64,000 nucleotides of DNA, from NCBI GenBank assembly GCA_002269645.1, contig NIVC01002315.1:62001-126000 (forward strand), written 5' to 3'. This document shows, piece by piece, positions 10,990-22,145 of the stretch. Every line of letters starts with the position of its first letter. Within the stretch, counting starts at the first letter, position 1. Below the pieces are notes generated by a model, which was not told the origin of the DNA, ran no database searches, and saw only the letters and a program-made list of their open reading frames with translations. This DNA is from Macrostomum lignano. Taxonomy: Eukaryota. The position numbers and the translations under genes are program-made.

Positions 10990-11837
10990 TTCTTTCTTGG
11001 ATTGCTTAAGCCTTTTCCACTGGCGAAGCTATAATTTAACTCAAATTTATATATCGGTCTATTATCCGTGTTTAAAAAAAGCCTTGTTTTTATTTTCACG
11101 TCCCAAATTAACAATTTTATACTAAACTATTACAGTGGAACCGTTGTTTATTAAAAATCTAAAGTTTGCAGCTTAATTTTAGTTACCACTCTCTCCTCTG
11201 TAGTTTTAATAAATTTTAACATTTCTTCATTGTATACCCATGTTAGTTTCGGCATTTTTAACATCGTAGAAGTTTCTGAATTTTTTTCTATAATGGGCGC
11301 TGATAAAAGCAAGGGGCTTCAAAATTTTAAAATAGGGTCCAATGTTTTTATGTTAGGGATACGTGTAATGTAACTAATGCTTGTGCTAAAATATTTCTGA
11401 CTTTTTTAGGATATCAACTTTGAAAGAATGGCTTAAGTTGAACGAAAAACATTTTTTAGAATTTAAACTGTTCCAGGATTCGTCGGGGCGATTGCGAAAC
11501 TCGTATATTTTGGTTTAATAAACTTAAACTTCTGACTGATACGAAATCTACATGCATATATTTTAAAGATAATAATTTCCTTTTGAAACCTGTTTTGTCC
11601 AGCGTTTTTTAACTAGATAAGCATTTCATCAGCATTTTTATTGAAACTTTGCATTTATTTTTTTGTTTATATTTCAGCAGAGTCTGCACTATTGCAAAAA
11701 ATAGCACCTAAGAGTATTCCTAATTAGGCCAAATGCAAAACTATATTCAAATTAGTGCCTGCAGGTTTTAGTGCAAAAGAATACTTCTTACTATTTATTA
11801 AATTTTGGCTCCCTTTTTACTACTTCTAAGCTGATGT

Positions 11838-12335
11838 CTTATTTGGTAAAACATTTCCAAGTAAAAACCTTGTATATCTATCAATCAAATTGACCTCCAC
11901 CATGGACATACATGACATTGCTTATTTGGTAAAACATTTCCAAGTAAAAACCTTGTATATCTATCAATCAAATTGACCTCCACCATGGACATACATGACA
12001 TTGCTTATTTGGTAAAACATTTCCAAATAAAAACCTTGTATATCTATCAATCAAATTGACCTCCACCATGGACATACATGACATTGCTTATTTGGTAAAA
12101 CATTTCCAAGTAAAAACCTTGTATATCTATCAATCAAATTGACCTCCACCATGGACATACATGACATTGCTTATTTGGTAAAACATTTCCAAATAAAAAC
12201 CTTGTATATCTATCAATCAAATTGACCTCCACCATGGACATACATGACATTGCTTATTTGGTAAAACATTTCCAAGTAAAAATCTTGTATATCTATCAAT
12301 CAAATTGACCTTCACGATGGACATACATGACAATG
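11838..12335. repeat. Tandem repeat, 83-bp unit, 6 copies, between the divergent SYNGR and PPIL6 genes
   Basis: CTTATTTGGTAAAACATTTCC recurs at 11838, 11921, 12004, 12087, 12170 and 12253. Confidence 0.95.
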
Positions 12336-12432
12336 CTTTGTTAAAGATTTTGCTCGTACAATGTTTATGCAGAGCCTGAGTATAGAGCCTAATCAAACTG
12401 AAAGTTTAAAGTTTTAATCTCTTCAGCAAAAA

Positions 12433-13036
12433 ATGTCATCCCGCGCCGAATGTAAAGCCTTGGACCTTCGAATTGTCGGCCTGGTTTCCGACATGAAATT
12501 CCACGTGGCCAAGAACTGCGCCGCCGACTTGGAGAAACTTGTGCAACCGGAGCGCCGTCTGGTGCTGAGCGTCACCCCGCTGCTGGAATTCGAATGGGCC
12601 GACTTTATTCGCCAAACTGTGCGCGAGGCCGGCGGCGAATTCTGGACCTTCGACGATCAGGCTGCGGTCTTCCTTGACGGCCAGCTGCGCGGCAGTGCCC
12701 AGTGGCTGCTGCAGTGGGCCATGGAGACCTACGGCTACGAGGACTTCCGGCCGCTGCCGCTCTACCGGACCCTCACCGAGGACGCCTACGCCGACGAGTT
12801 CAAACGACGCGGCCACGACTTTGTCTACCTGGACATCTCCATCGCAGGCGAGCCGGCCGGCCGACTCGTCATCGAGCTGTTCAAGAGCGTGGCGCCCAGG
12901 ACTTGCGAGAATTTCCGACAGCTTTGCACAGGCGAGCGCGGCGTCTCCAAGCACAATCCAGTCGAGCAGTTCGACCTGTGCTACCGGAAGTCCATCTTTC
13001 ACCGGCTGGTGCCAGAGGGCTGGATCCAGGGAGGAG
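12433..13036 (+). CDS. PPIL6: PPIL6 (cyclophilin-like 6, radial-spoke type) exon 1
   Basis: An N-terminal extension of the PPIL6 type (...LLEFEW...AVFLDG...) precedes the cyclophilin core VYLDISIAGEPAGRLVIELF...PRTCENFRQLCTGE...FHRLVPEGWIQGG. Donor G|GTGCGC. Confidence 0.88.
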
Positions 13037-13150
13037 GTGCGCTGCACTATATCATCATATTTATTGTTCGCTAGTAAATCTTTTAAATGATTCACCGATA
13101 CTAATTCAAGTAGTGATGAATTTTTTAAGGCATTTTGCCGAGTCGAGTAA

Positions 13151-13316
13151 TACGCACAGACACACTCACACAGGAGTGTACAGCTGCCCTGGTTTTATTT
13201 AACGTTAAGCATGTACACTTCACTGTGCTTTGGGGCTTGGTCCTCAAGGGCGTTAATTGCACGAGCAGAGCCAAGCCGATTCCGATTTAGCCCCAAATTA
13301 ATGTAACTGCAATTGG
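13151..13316 (-). mobile_element. Internal fragment of SINE family B in the PPIL6 intron
   Basis: Aligns by eye with 41589-41763 (CACACTCACACAGGAGTGTACAGC...TTAATTGCACGAGCAGAGCCAAGCCGA...CCCCAAATTAATGT). Confidence 0.75.
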
Positions 13317-13576
13317 GGCCGCTGACACATCGGAGCCCGTATATATAAGAAAGCAACGCGCAAAATAGGCATTTATCGATTCTATACTTTTAGTCAATGG
13401 TAGCTAGTATAAGTGAATTACGCAATATAATAAAAAGATGAGAATAATAGTGTGCGTTACTATTAGTAGTATAGTAATTATATTACTATAATTTTAAAGT
13501 TTTTTGACATTTAAAATAAAAGGTTGAGAATTTAATAACATATTGAATAATAAATGTATTAAAATCCTTAATCCAG

Positions 13577-13896
13577 ACATCTGGTACGGCAAGGGCAACG
13601 GCGGCGAGTCAGTCTACGGCGAGACATTCGACGATGAGAACTTCATCCTGTCGCACGATCGCCGAGGCGTGGTCGGCATGGCCAACCGCGGGCGGCACAC
13701 CAACGGCTCGCAGTTCTTCATCACGCTGAAGTCCTCCCGCTGGATGGACACCAAATTCGTGGCATTCGGCCGCGTTGTTGAGGGCTCCGATGTTCTGGAA
13801 CGGATGGAATCAGTGGGGACCGTTAATGAGAGGCCGCTGGACGAGATTCAGGTGGCCGACTGCGGCGAGTTCGTTCCCAATTTGGCGCGGGATTGA
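13577..13896 (+). CDS. PPIL6: PPIL6 exon 2
   Basis: Acceptor TTAATCCAG; G+AC gives Asp. Frame DIWYGKGNGGESVYGETFDDENF...MANRGRHTNGSQFFITL...WMDTKFVAFGRVVEG. The position equivalent to CypA His126 is Phe, consistent with a probably inactive isomerase. Joined length 307 aa. Confidence 0.9.
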
Positions 13897-13964
13897 TAGC
13901 GCCCGGCTGCGACCGCTATGGACGGAAGTGGGTCTGGGTGTAGGACTGAGGAGGGGATCTGGGT

Positions 13965-14390
13965 GTGGGACTGAGTAGGGTCTAGCTGTGGGACTGAGTA
14001 GGGGTCTGGGTGTGGGACTGAGTAGGGTCTAGCTGTGGGACTGAGTAGGGGTCTGGGTGTGGGACTGAGTAGGGTCTAGCTGTGGGACTGAGTAGGGTGT
14101 CTGGGTGTAGGACTGAGGAGGGTTCTGGGTGTGGGACTGAGTAGGGTCTAGCTGTGGGACTGAGTAGGGGTCTGGGTGTGGGACTGAGTAGGGTCTAGCT
14201 GTGGGACTGAGTAGGGGTCTGGGTGTGGGACTGAGTATCTAGCTGTGGGACTGAGTAGGGGTCTGGGTGTGGGACTGAGTAGGGGTCTGGATGTGGGACT
14301 GAGTATCTAGCTGTGGGACTGAGTAGGGTCTAGCTGTGGGACTGAGTAGGGGTCTGAGTGTGGGACTGAGTAGGGGTCTGGGTGTGGGAC
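13965..14390. repeat. G-rich minisatellite, about 23-bp unit (TGTGGGACTGAGTAGGG core, two alternating variants)
   Basis: Read directly from the sequence; starts just 3' of the PPIL6 stop codon. Confidence 0.9.
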
Positions 14391-15059
14391 TTGCATAAAT
14401 GTCTAAAAGTGGAGCTGAGGGGACATTTTTAAAGAAGGGTCAGTTATTGTGCGGCTCCAGCTTGCAGAAACCTGAGAAATAAAAGTACTAAACAACTCTT
14501 TTTTTGAATTGTTTGTTTTGTTCTTCGTACCTTTTCATATTGAGTTTTATATTCGTAATTGTATAACAAATGCTCTTGCTGAGCTAACAAAATAAATTTG
14601 CTGATAAAATAAGCGTACGACAAATAATTAAATTTGTCAATAAGCAAAATAAGGATTCAAAACGTTCAATTTCTAATGGTTAATTGACACATTAAAAGTG
14701 CTGGATACAGGCACTTATTTGCATTAAACGTGCTTGATCATTCCGAAATATTGATTGATGATTGGAAGCAGAGCGACTTCTTCAACTTCTGAGTCCAATT
14801 CCTGGATAGAAAATCGAGCAATAAATTGCAGCCAAAATCTCCGTTTATAATTTCTAGTATTTTATTGAAAGCAGAACTTTGCTTTAGCGTTTGAATTGCT
14901 TGCTCTGGTCTCGGGTTACTGGCTGGGCGCATGTCGAATAGGGTTTTTGGGAACTGGTTCAGAACAGCTCTGTTGGCCACATTCAACGGCCTTTTTATCC
15001 TCTGCAGAGCTTTCCTCCTCTGTGCCCACTCTGAGCCGTCTCTTGTTTTATTCCAAATC

Positions 15060-15545
15060 TCTCTTTCTTCTCCGTTACCTCTCTTTCTTCTCCATGGTCT
15101 CTTTCTTCCCAATGATATCTCTTTCTTTCCAATGATTTCTCTTTCTTCCCAATGATCTCTCTTTCTTTCCGATGATTTCTCTTTCTTCCCAATGATATCT
15201 CTTTCTTCCCAATGATCTCTCTTTCTTCATGGTCTCTCTTTCTTCCCGATGATCTCTCTTTCTTCTCCATGGTCTCTCTTTCTTCCCGATGATCTCTCTT
15301 TCTTCCCGATGATCTCTCTTTCTTCCCAATGATATCTCTTTCTTCTCCATGGTCTCTATTTCTTCCCGATGATCTCTCTTTCTTCCCAATGAAATCTCTT
15401 TTTTCCCAATGATATCTCTTTCTTCTCCATGGTCTCTATTTCTTCCCAATGATCTCTCTTTCTTCCCAATGATCTCTCTTTCTTTTCCATGGTCTCTCTT
15501 TCTTCCCAATGATCTCTCTTTCTTCCCAATGATCTCTCTTTCTTT
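15060..15545. repeat. Pyrimidine-rich minisatellite, about 20-21-bp unit (CTCTTTCTTCCCAATGATCT)
   Basis: Read directly from the sequence. Confidence 0.9.
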
Positions 15546-16524
15546 CCCAAGACTTCCATTTCTGCTCTCTGGCTTTACCGCAAGATCTTTTTAGTTAAAT
15601 ATTTTGTTTATCAAACTAACTTTTTAAACGTTGTGTCCCATATAAACAATGTGTTTTAATACTATTAAGTGATAAAATATGGCTCTATTATGAAAGGTCA
15701 TTAACACTAGAATCCCCTTTGTTGAATTATTAAATAACTAAATTCGAAAATAAGGATGATTCGATTTTTCCAATCAAAAATGCATCACAGAAATAAGTTA
15801 ATCTTTTTAGCGTTCTCAACCTCTGGGGTATAATTTGAGTAACTCATCCAGCTATATTACAGGATAAAAATTTCACAAGTCAAATCGCCTTTTATTGTGT
15901 TCGAAATAGATTTGATTAACTACACACATTGCAGAAAAGTTACAATAAATATCAGTGCATCTAATTCTACAACAGATGAATTGTGTTTATCACGGCCTGT
16001 GCTCTGTAGCTGATGCATGTATATAATAGTGACGAAAAGCCATTTTAACTACAGTGCAGTTGTACATTAACATTTTTACTTGGGCTAATTATGTAGGGTT
16101 GCAAACGAACTATTTAAGCATCCGATTCAGTACTTATTACATCAGTATAATATATATCTAGAAACATTGCAAGAAAGAAAAATAGAGTCGAAAGTTGTAA
16201 CGAACAATTGCAAACGAACAAAAATCTAAGAGAATTTGAACTTTTTGAAAAATTAAAAACAAAACGTTAGTAAATTTCTTTTGTAAAGAAACATTATAAT
16301 ACAATTAGCAGAAATGAGCTTGTTAATAATATAGCAATATTATGGTGACTGGAACACAGGAGCACTTCGACAAAAGTTTGATAGAATTGCGCTGCACAAA
16401 CTAATTATAGATAGCCATATCCGCAGGATATACAGTATTAGTATAGCTTTTTGCAATCAGTTTGAGCTTAGCAGCATTTGACTTAATCCAGAGTGGCAGA
16501 CTGCTACACCCAAGACAACTGCTG

Positions 16525-16620
16525 CCCCTAGTCTATGCCCCTAGTCTATGGCCCTAGTCTATGACCCTAGTCTATGGCTCTAGTCCATGGCCCTAGTCTA
16601 TGGTCCTAGTCTATGGCCCA
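16525..16620. repeat. Short tandem repeat CCCTAGTCTATG(G), about 7 copies
   Basis: Read directly; shares TAGTCTATGG with the palindrome at 17013-17417. Confidence 0.8.
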
Positions 16621-17012
16621 AAAGTTTGACTGGCGAGCAAAGATTTCATTTGCCATCCCACTAACCTACAAATCAGCAACAATATGAGCTGGGAAGCTGA
16701 AGATAGCGACATGGTTTGCCGAATGGCTCATGAGCGTTTGGACCAAATTGATGCTTGTTGGTCCAATTTAAATGCCGCTTTGCCAGCCTTGCTACCATAG
16801 ACAAAAGCTCCGTTACATTGGCAGACCTATCTTGGATTAAATTCAATGCGCGTAGGCACAAATGGGCTGCAAAAAGGTACATTACATTAGCGAATGCTGC
16901 AGTGACATATTTGGATAATATAGAATCTGTGGTCTTGAGTGTAGCGTTCTACCACTCTGGATTAAGTCAACTGCTCCTAAGCTCAAACTGACGGCAAAAA
17001 GCTATGCTTTAG

Positions 17013-17417
17013 TATTGCTTTTGTCAGCCTAACTGAGAATAAAGCCACCCAAAATGAGAATCCTGCCTTCGCTGACTGCGAAGGGCCTGGCTGCGTGCAG
17101 CCTTAGTCTATGGGCCATAGACAATAAAGGACAAGCAAAGTGATAAAAAGCCATTCAATGTGAGAATCGATTGGTCTTTTAAAACTTTGCTTGTCCTTTA
17201 TAGTCTATGGCTCATAGACTAGGATGGACGCAGCTAGGCCCTTCGTATTCAGCGTAGGCAGGATTCTCACATTGGATGGCTTTTTATCACTTTGCTTGTC
17301 CTTTATAGTCTATGGCCCATAGACTAAGGCTGCACGCAGCCAGGCCCTTCGCAGTCAGCGTAGGCAGGATTCTCACTTTGGATGGCTTTATTCTCAGTTA
17401 GGCTGACAAAACCAATA
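17013..17417. repeat. Long inverted repeat (foldback or MITE-like) with arms of about 155 bp
   Basis: 17013-17168 is the near-perfect reverse complement of 17262-17417. The spacer is a diverged partial tandem copy of the right arm. Confidence 0.85.
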
Positions 17418-18162
17418 GTTAGCACAGCGCTAAATGAGGATTTTACCACAGACAGTCCCGGCAAGTGTGAAACGCGCCCACTGGCTTTGCACATACAGCT
17501 TTGCATCGGCATCATTGACTAACTATTTCGCAGCAGTTAATGCTTGTTTCTAGCATAGAAGCGTGTTGCATGTTGCCGCACGCTTTAATGGTGAAAGCAA
17601 GCAAAATCAGGAAAATTTTTCTGTAGAATAGATTTCTTAAAATGGAAAAACAGAAACACGCATCGATAAACAATAGCTAAAATACACAGAGCAGATTGTA
17701 GTCAGATAATTGAAAACAAGCTAAAGCAAGTTAATTTATTGAGTAATTTAGAATTCTTGGATTTTAAAGATAGTGGTTTTTTCTGTCATAATTACTCATA
17801 TTACGAATGACTCACTGAGTCGGCTCTGAACTGACAGTCGCCCGTTACTAAACTAAAGAGGCCACACAAACATACACTGCAGCTTTGGGTAATGTTTCTT
17901 TTTCGGCACTAATAAGTTTGTAAGTCTTAAAAGTGATAGCTCTAAGTTTAGTAACTGCTTGCTTGCGTGAATAGGTATTAACTGTTCCAATTGATTTCTT
18001 CGGTTTTTCGGCTCTTCAAATACACGGAAGTAAACTATATAGTGAAAATTTTTTACTTAGTTGGCCTTCGGCACTTTCCAAGAATCGAGGGTTTTACCCC
18101 CCCCCCCCCTAGCTAGAAATATTCACTAGAGGACCTTTGAGGAGACCAGCCAGTTGGTTGCG

Positions 18163-18283
18163 TCAGACGAACTCCCCAGGATCGTCGTCTACGGAGTTGA
18201 GGGGCTGCGTCTGCGGGTGCGCGTTGCCGCTTCCAACGCCGCCAACCCCGGCGCCTTTCCGCTTAGACAGAAGGCCACCGCCG

Positions 18284-18322
<39 letters not shown>

Positions 18323-19143
18323 ACGCCTTTTTTCTCAGCCAACTCAAGGTGCCGCCCAGCCGAGTCGTTGTGCCTGACCGGCCGGCTCTTGAACATCAGC
18401 CACAGGGCCTCCGTCACCTCGGAGGCCACCAGTTCGCCCGCATTCTGCGAGATTAGCCGAATAATGAAGACGCCGTCGGGGCGCAGGTAGTCGTCAACGA
18501 ATTGAAAGCTGCGCTTCTTGTCACCCGGATCCAAGGCGCTGCGCAGTTTGAGGAATTTCCTAACAAAGTGCATCCGATTCGAGCGGAATGTGGACTTGTA
18601 GATCCAGAAGATGAAGCTGCTGATTGACAGCACGGAGACTAGGACCATCCAGAACCACAGGAAGATGTAGATCTTCTCGTTGAACATGTTGATGGGCAGG
18701 ACGCACTGCACCGTATGCCTGTGCATGTTGGCGCCCATCTTGCGGATGTGGAAGTCGCACATGGTGATCCTGGGAAAGTTGCCGCTCTCCTCCCATTCGC
18801 GTCCCTCCGCCAGATCTCTGAGCAGCTCCAAGCCATAGAAGGTGTAATTAGTGCCCAGGTATTTGTTCATTAGGAAGAACTGGCCAATCACATTGGTGAT
18901 GTACAGCACTTTGCAGATGAGGTACAGGCACACTAGGAAGTTTCCGTAGCGCTTGCCGAACCAGAAGAAGCAGCAGTTGCGGGCGATGCAGTGCTTGCAG
19001 TTGGTGAGGCAGCCGGCTCGGTACTCCCGCTGCGCGCCGAGCGAGTCTTCAATGTGCTTGGCAACGTACCGCACACTGGTCTGCCGGCTCAGCGGGTCCT
19101 TGATCATCTCGACGTCTCCGGCCACCTCCATGATGTTGGACAG
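18163..19143 (-). CDS. inx: Innexin exon 2 (cytoplasmic loop, TM3, EL2, TM4, poly-Gly C-tail)
   Basis: GNFLVCLYLICK, FPRITMCDF and VQCVLPINMFNEKIYIFLWFW are innexin signatures. Acceptor CCATCGCAG at 19144-19146, phase 0; TGA at 18163. Confidence 0.93.
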
Positions 19144-19171
19144 CTGCGATGGTGGTAACAGTTGGTCATGT

Positions 19172-19665
19172 GTGATTCGGAAGGCACCCTACTGATTCGG
19201 AAGGCACCCAACTGATTCGGAAGGCACCCTACTGATATTCGGAAGGCACCCTACTGATTCGGAAGGCACCCTACTGATTCGGAAGGCACCCTACTGATTT
19301 GGAAGGCATCCGATTGATTCGGAAGGCATCGTACTGATTCGGAAGGCATCCTACTGATTCGGAAGGCACCCTAATGATTCGGAAGGCATCCGATTGATTC
19401 GGAAGGCATCGTACTGATTCGGAAGGCACCCTACTGATATTCGGAAGGCACCCTACTGATATTCGGAAGGCACCCTACTGATTCGGAAGGCATCCTACTG
19501 ATATTCGGAAGGCATCCTACTGATATTCGGAAGGCACCCTACTGATTCGGAAGGCACCCTACTGATATTCGGAAGGCACCCTACTGATTCGGAAGGCACC
19601 CTACTGATATTCGGAAGGCATCCTACTGATTCGGAAGGCATCCTACTGATTCGGAAGGCATACTA
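19172..19665. repeat. Intronic minisatellite, 20/22-bp unit ATTCGGAAGGCACCCTACTG(AT)
   Basis: Read directly; lies in the innexin intron, starting about 30 nt from the acceptor. Confidence 0.95.
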
Positions 19666-20689
19666 CTGAGATGGCAGGCATTCTACCATTATAATAGATG
19701 AAGTATTCCAGCCATACTGTTTTGGAAGAATAGGAAACTCCGTTCTGAGTTGCTTCTTGACAATCGGCTCTCCTAATCACTGTAAACAATTAGGCAGGTT
19801 CCCAAAGACAAAGGTTCCACCAAGAGACACGTGACGTCCAACAATTGGATGTCGTATTTTTTCAAGAAATCCCTAATGAGATTGATTTGTTTTTATTGCC
19901 AGCTTGTTATTGCTCTGGGTGCAAAGTTTTTTATCTAAAAATGTTTAGAACTCTTGCTTCGGGGCACTTATAGAGATAGCCAACGGTGAGGTTGACTAAG
20001 TGCAAACCTAGCTCTTTGTAAACACTGGCTTGAAAGTGTGGGTGTACGTCGACTTAAATTCTCTTCGTAAATAACTTTTAATTTAGGACAGCATGTTACT
20101 CTGTTATATCAATATTTTATATAGCTGTGTAGTCAAAGTTTCATTTTCATATTGTTTTATTTTTATTTTATAAGCCCAAAATTGTAAATACTCACAAGTG
20201 TCTTAACTTTTTTATTTTTTCCTTGTTGCCTGCAACTTTGGGGTTATGAAAACTGTTATTCCTATCTCCGCAGTGTACTTTTCCCAGGAAATTGGCCTCC
20301 AAATCTTTGAGTTTTACGCCCTGTTGTACTATAGTGGTCCTTGCGATTAATCCCATGGGCTGAGGATCCGCTGATGGCTCATAATTGTACTTCACACTTG
20401 TCTTCTATTTGAGTTCTGCCGACTGCTCAGGATAGCTCTGAGGAAAAGGGCACCAACCTTTGACCATAGACAGGAAATACAGCCAATCCACAGGCTTTGG
20501 TTGGTGAAGGTTTTCACTGAGCTAAGTAGCTCATGATTCCTATTAACTCAAAGTTCAAAGCTCACTACGGCACTCCTGGCTCCGCACCTACATACTCACT
20601 TCCCAGACTGATTCTTCCCCTGCAGAAAGCCAATCATCCAAGCTAAACACTCCACACTCTCGGAGGCGCCCAGCCCCTCAGCCGCTCAC

Positions 20690-21097
20690 CTGAATGCCGG
20701 ACTGCCAGTTGAAGAGTCGCCACACCAGCCGGGGCAGATTGAACAGGAATGCCTGGATGAGCAGCACCAGGGGAACCCATTGGTAATAGCCGATGCTCTG
20801 CCTGTACCGATCCGCGTTGGACACTGGGAAATTGACGCCTGACGTGTCCAGGTAATAGGTGCTGGTCACCCAGCAAACGTTCTCAGTGTACTCCTCCTGA
20901 GCTCTGGTGAATTCTGTCGGCACCCAACAGGCGATTGGTTTGCCGATGTACTGCCTGCAGGAGATTACTAGGGAGAAGACCACGATGATGGCCGTGCTGA
21001 ACATGTGCGACATCCGGTCGGCGAAATCGTCATCGCGCCTGTGCTTGGCCGGGTCCAGCCGGAACTTGGACAGGCCGGATACGAATGCTGTGTCCAT
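20690..21097 (-). CDS. inx: Innexin exon 1 (N-terminus, TM1, EL1, TM2)
   Basis: MDTAF...DDDFADRMS...QYIGKPIACWVPTEFT...ENVCWV...YYQWVP...LPRLVWR. Donor CAG|GTGAGC. ATG at 21097; the track start at 21145 is a TTG. Joined length 462 aa. Confidence 0.92.
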
Positions 21098-21164
21098 GGG
21101 CAGGGCTCCGCTCACATGCTCGAAGTTTCTGCGGTTCGTGGGCAAACAGAGGTTGTTTGGAGGT

Positions 21165-21900
21165 TGATGTCTGAGAGTTGGAAGGTTGACTACTTGATGT
21201 CTGAGAGTTGGGAGGTTGACTACTTGATTTCTGAGAGTTGGAAGGTTGACTACTTGATGTCTGAGAGAATTGGAAGGTTGACTACTTGATGTCTGACAGT
21301 TGGAAGGTTGACTACTTGATGTCTGACAGTTGGAAGGTTGACTACTTGATGTCTGACAGTTGGAAGGTTGACTACTTGATGTCTGAGAGTTGGAGGTTGA
21401 CTACTTGATTTCTGAGAGTTGGAAGGTTGACTACTTGATGTCTGAGAGAATTGGAAGGTTGACTACTTGATGTCTGACAGTTGGAAGGTTGACTACTTGA
21501 TGTCTGACAGTCGGAAGGTTGACTACTTGATGTCTGACAGTTGGAAGGTTGACTACTTGATGTCTGACAGTTGGAAGGTTGACTACTTGATGTCTGACAG
21601 TTGGAAGGTTGACTACTTGATGTCTGACAGTTGGAAGGTTGACTACTTGATGTCTGACAGTTGGAAGGTTGACTACTTGATGTCTGACAGTTGGAAGGTT
21701 GACTACTTGATGTCTGACAGTTGGAAGGTTGACTACTTGATTTCTGAGAGTTGGAAGGTTGACTACTTGATGTCTGAGAGAATTGGAAGGTTGACTACTT
21801 GATGTCTGACAGTTGGAAGGTTGACTACTTGATGTCTGACAGTTGGAAGGTTGACTACTTGATGTCTGACAGTTGGAAGGTTGACTAATTGATGGCTGAG
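21165..21900. repeat. Minisatellite, 30-bp unit GATGTCTGACAGTTGGAAGGTTGACTACTT
   Basis: Read directly from the sequence. Confidence 0.95.
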
Positions 21901-22076
21901 AGAGTTGTGATGTTGAACTCGGGACTGTCGGCTGTACCTGCAGGGCGTAGGCCTAATAGCAACTAGGCTATTTTAAGACCACAGCTGGATCTCTAAATGC
22001 CAAGGTGCAACAGGCAACTCACCATGTACCGCAGCAAGAGATCACTCGGCATTACATTGGTTATTCATGTGGATTT

Positions 22077-22079
<3 letters not shown>

Positions 22080-22140
<61 letters not shown>
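22080..22140. repeat. (GA)n microsatellite
   Basis: Read directly from the sequence. Confidence 0.95.

Positions 22141-22145
<5 letters not shown>

Noticed and set aside
11131-11142. TA-CAGTGGAACC, a pogo/Tc1-like terminus
   Set aside because: No matching opposite end was found.
12436-13202. ORFs 12436..13095 (-), 12674..13090 (+) and 12702..13202 (+)
   Set aside because: Shadow frames of GC-rich PPIL6 exon 1.
14444-15112. Minus-strand ORFs 14738..15112 and 14444..14647 as extra innexin exons
   Set aside because: The innexin already ends at TGA 18163. These ORFs have no homology signal and partly derive from repeats.
21098-21145. N-terminal extension of the innexin shown in the ORF track
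   Set aside because: It starts at a TTG and spans a splice acceptor. ATG 21097 gives a typical innexin N-terminus.
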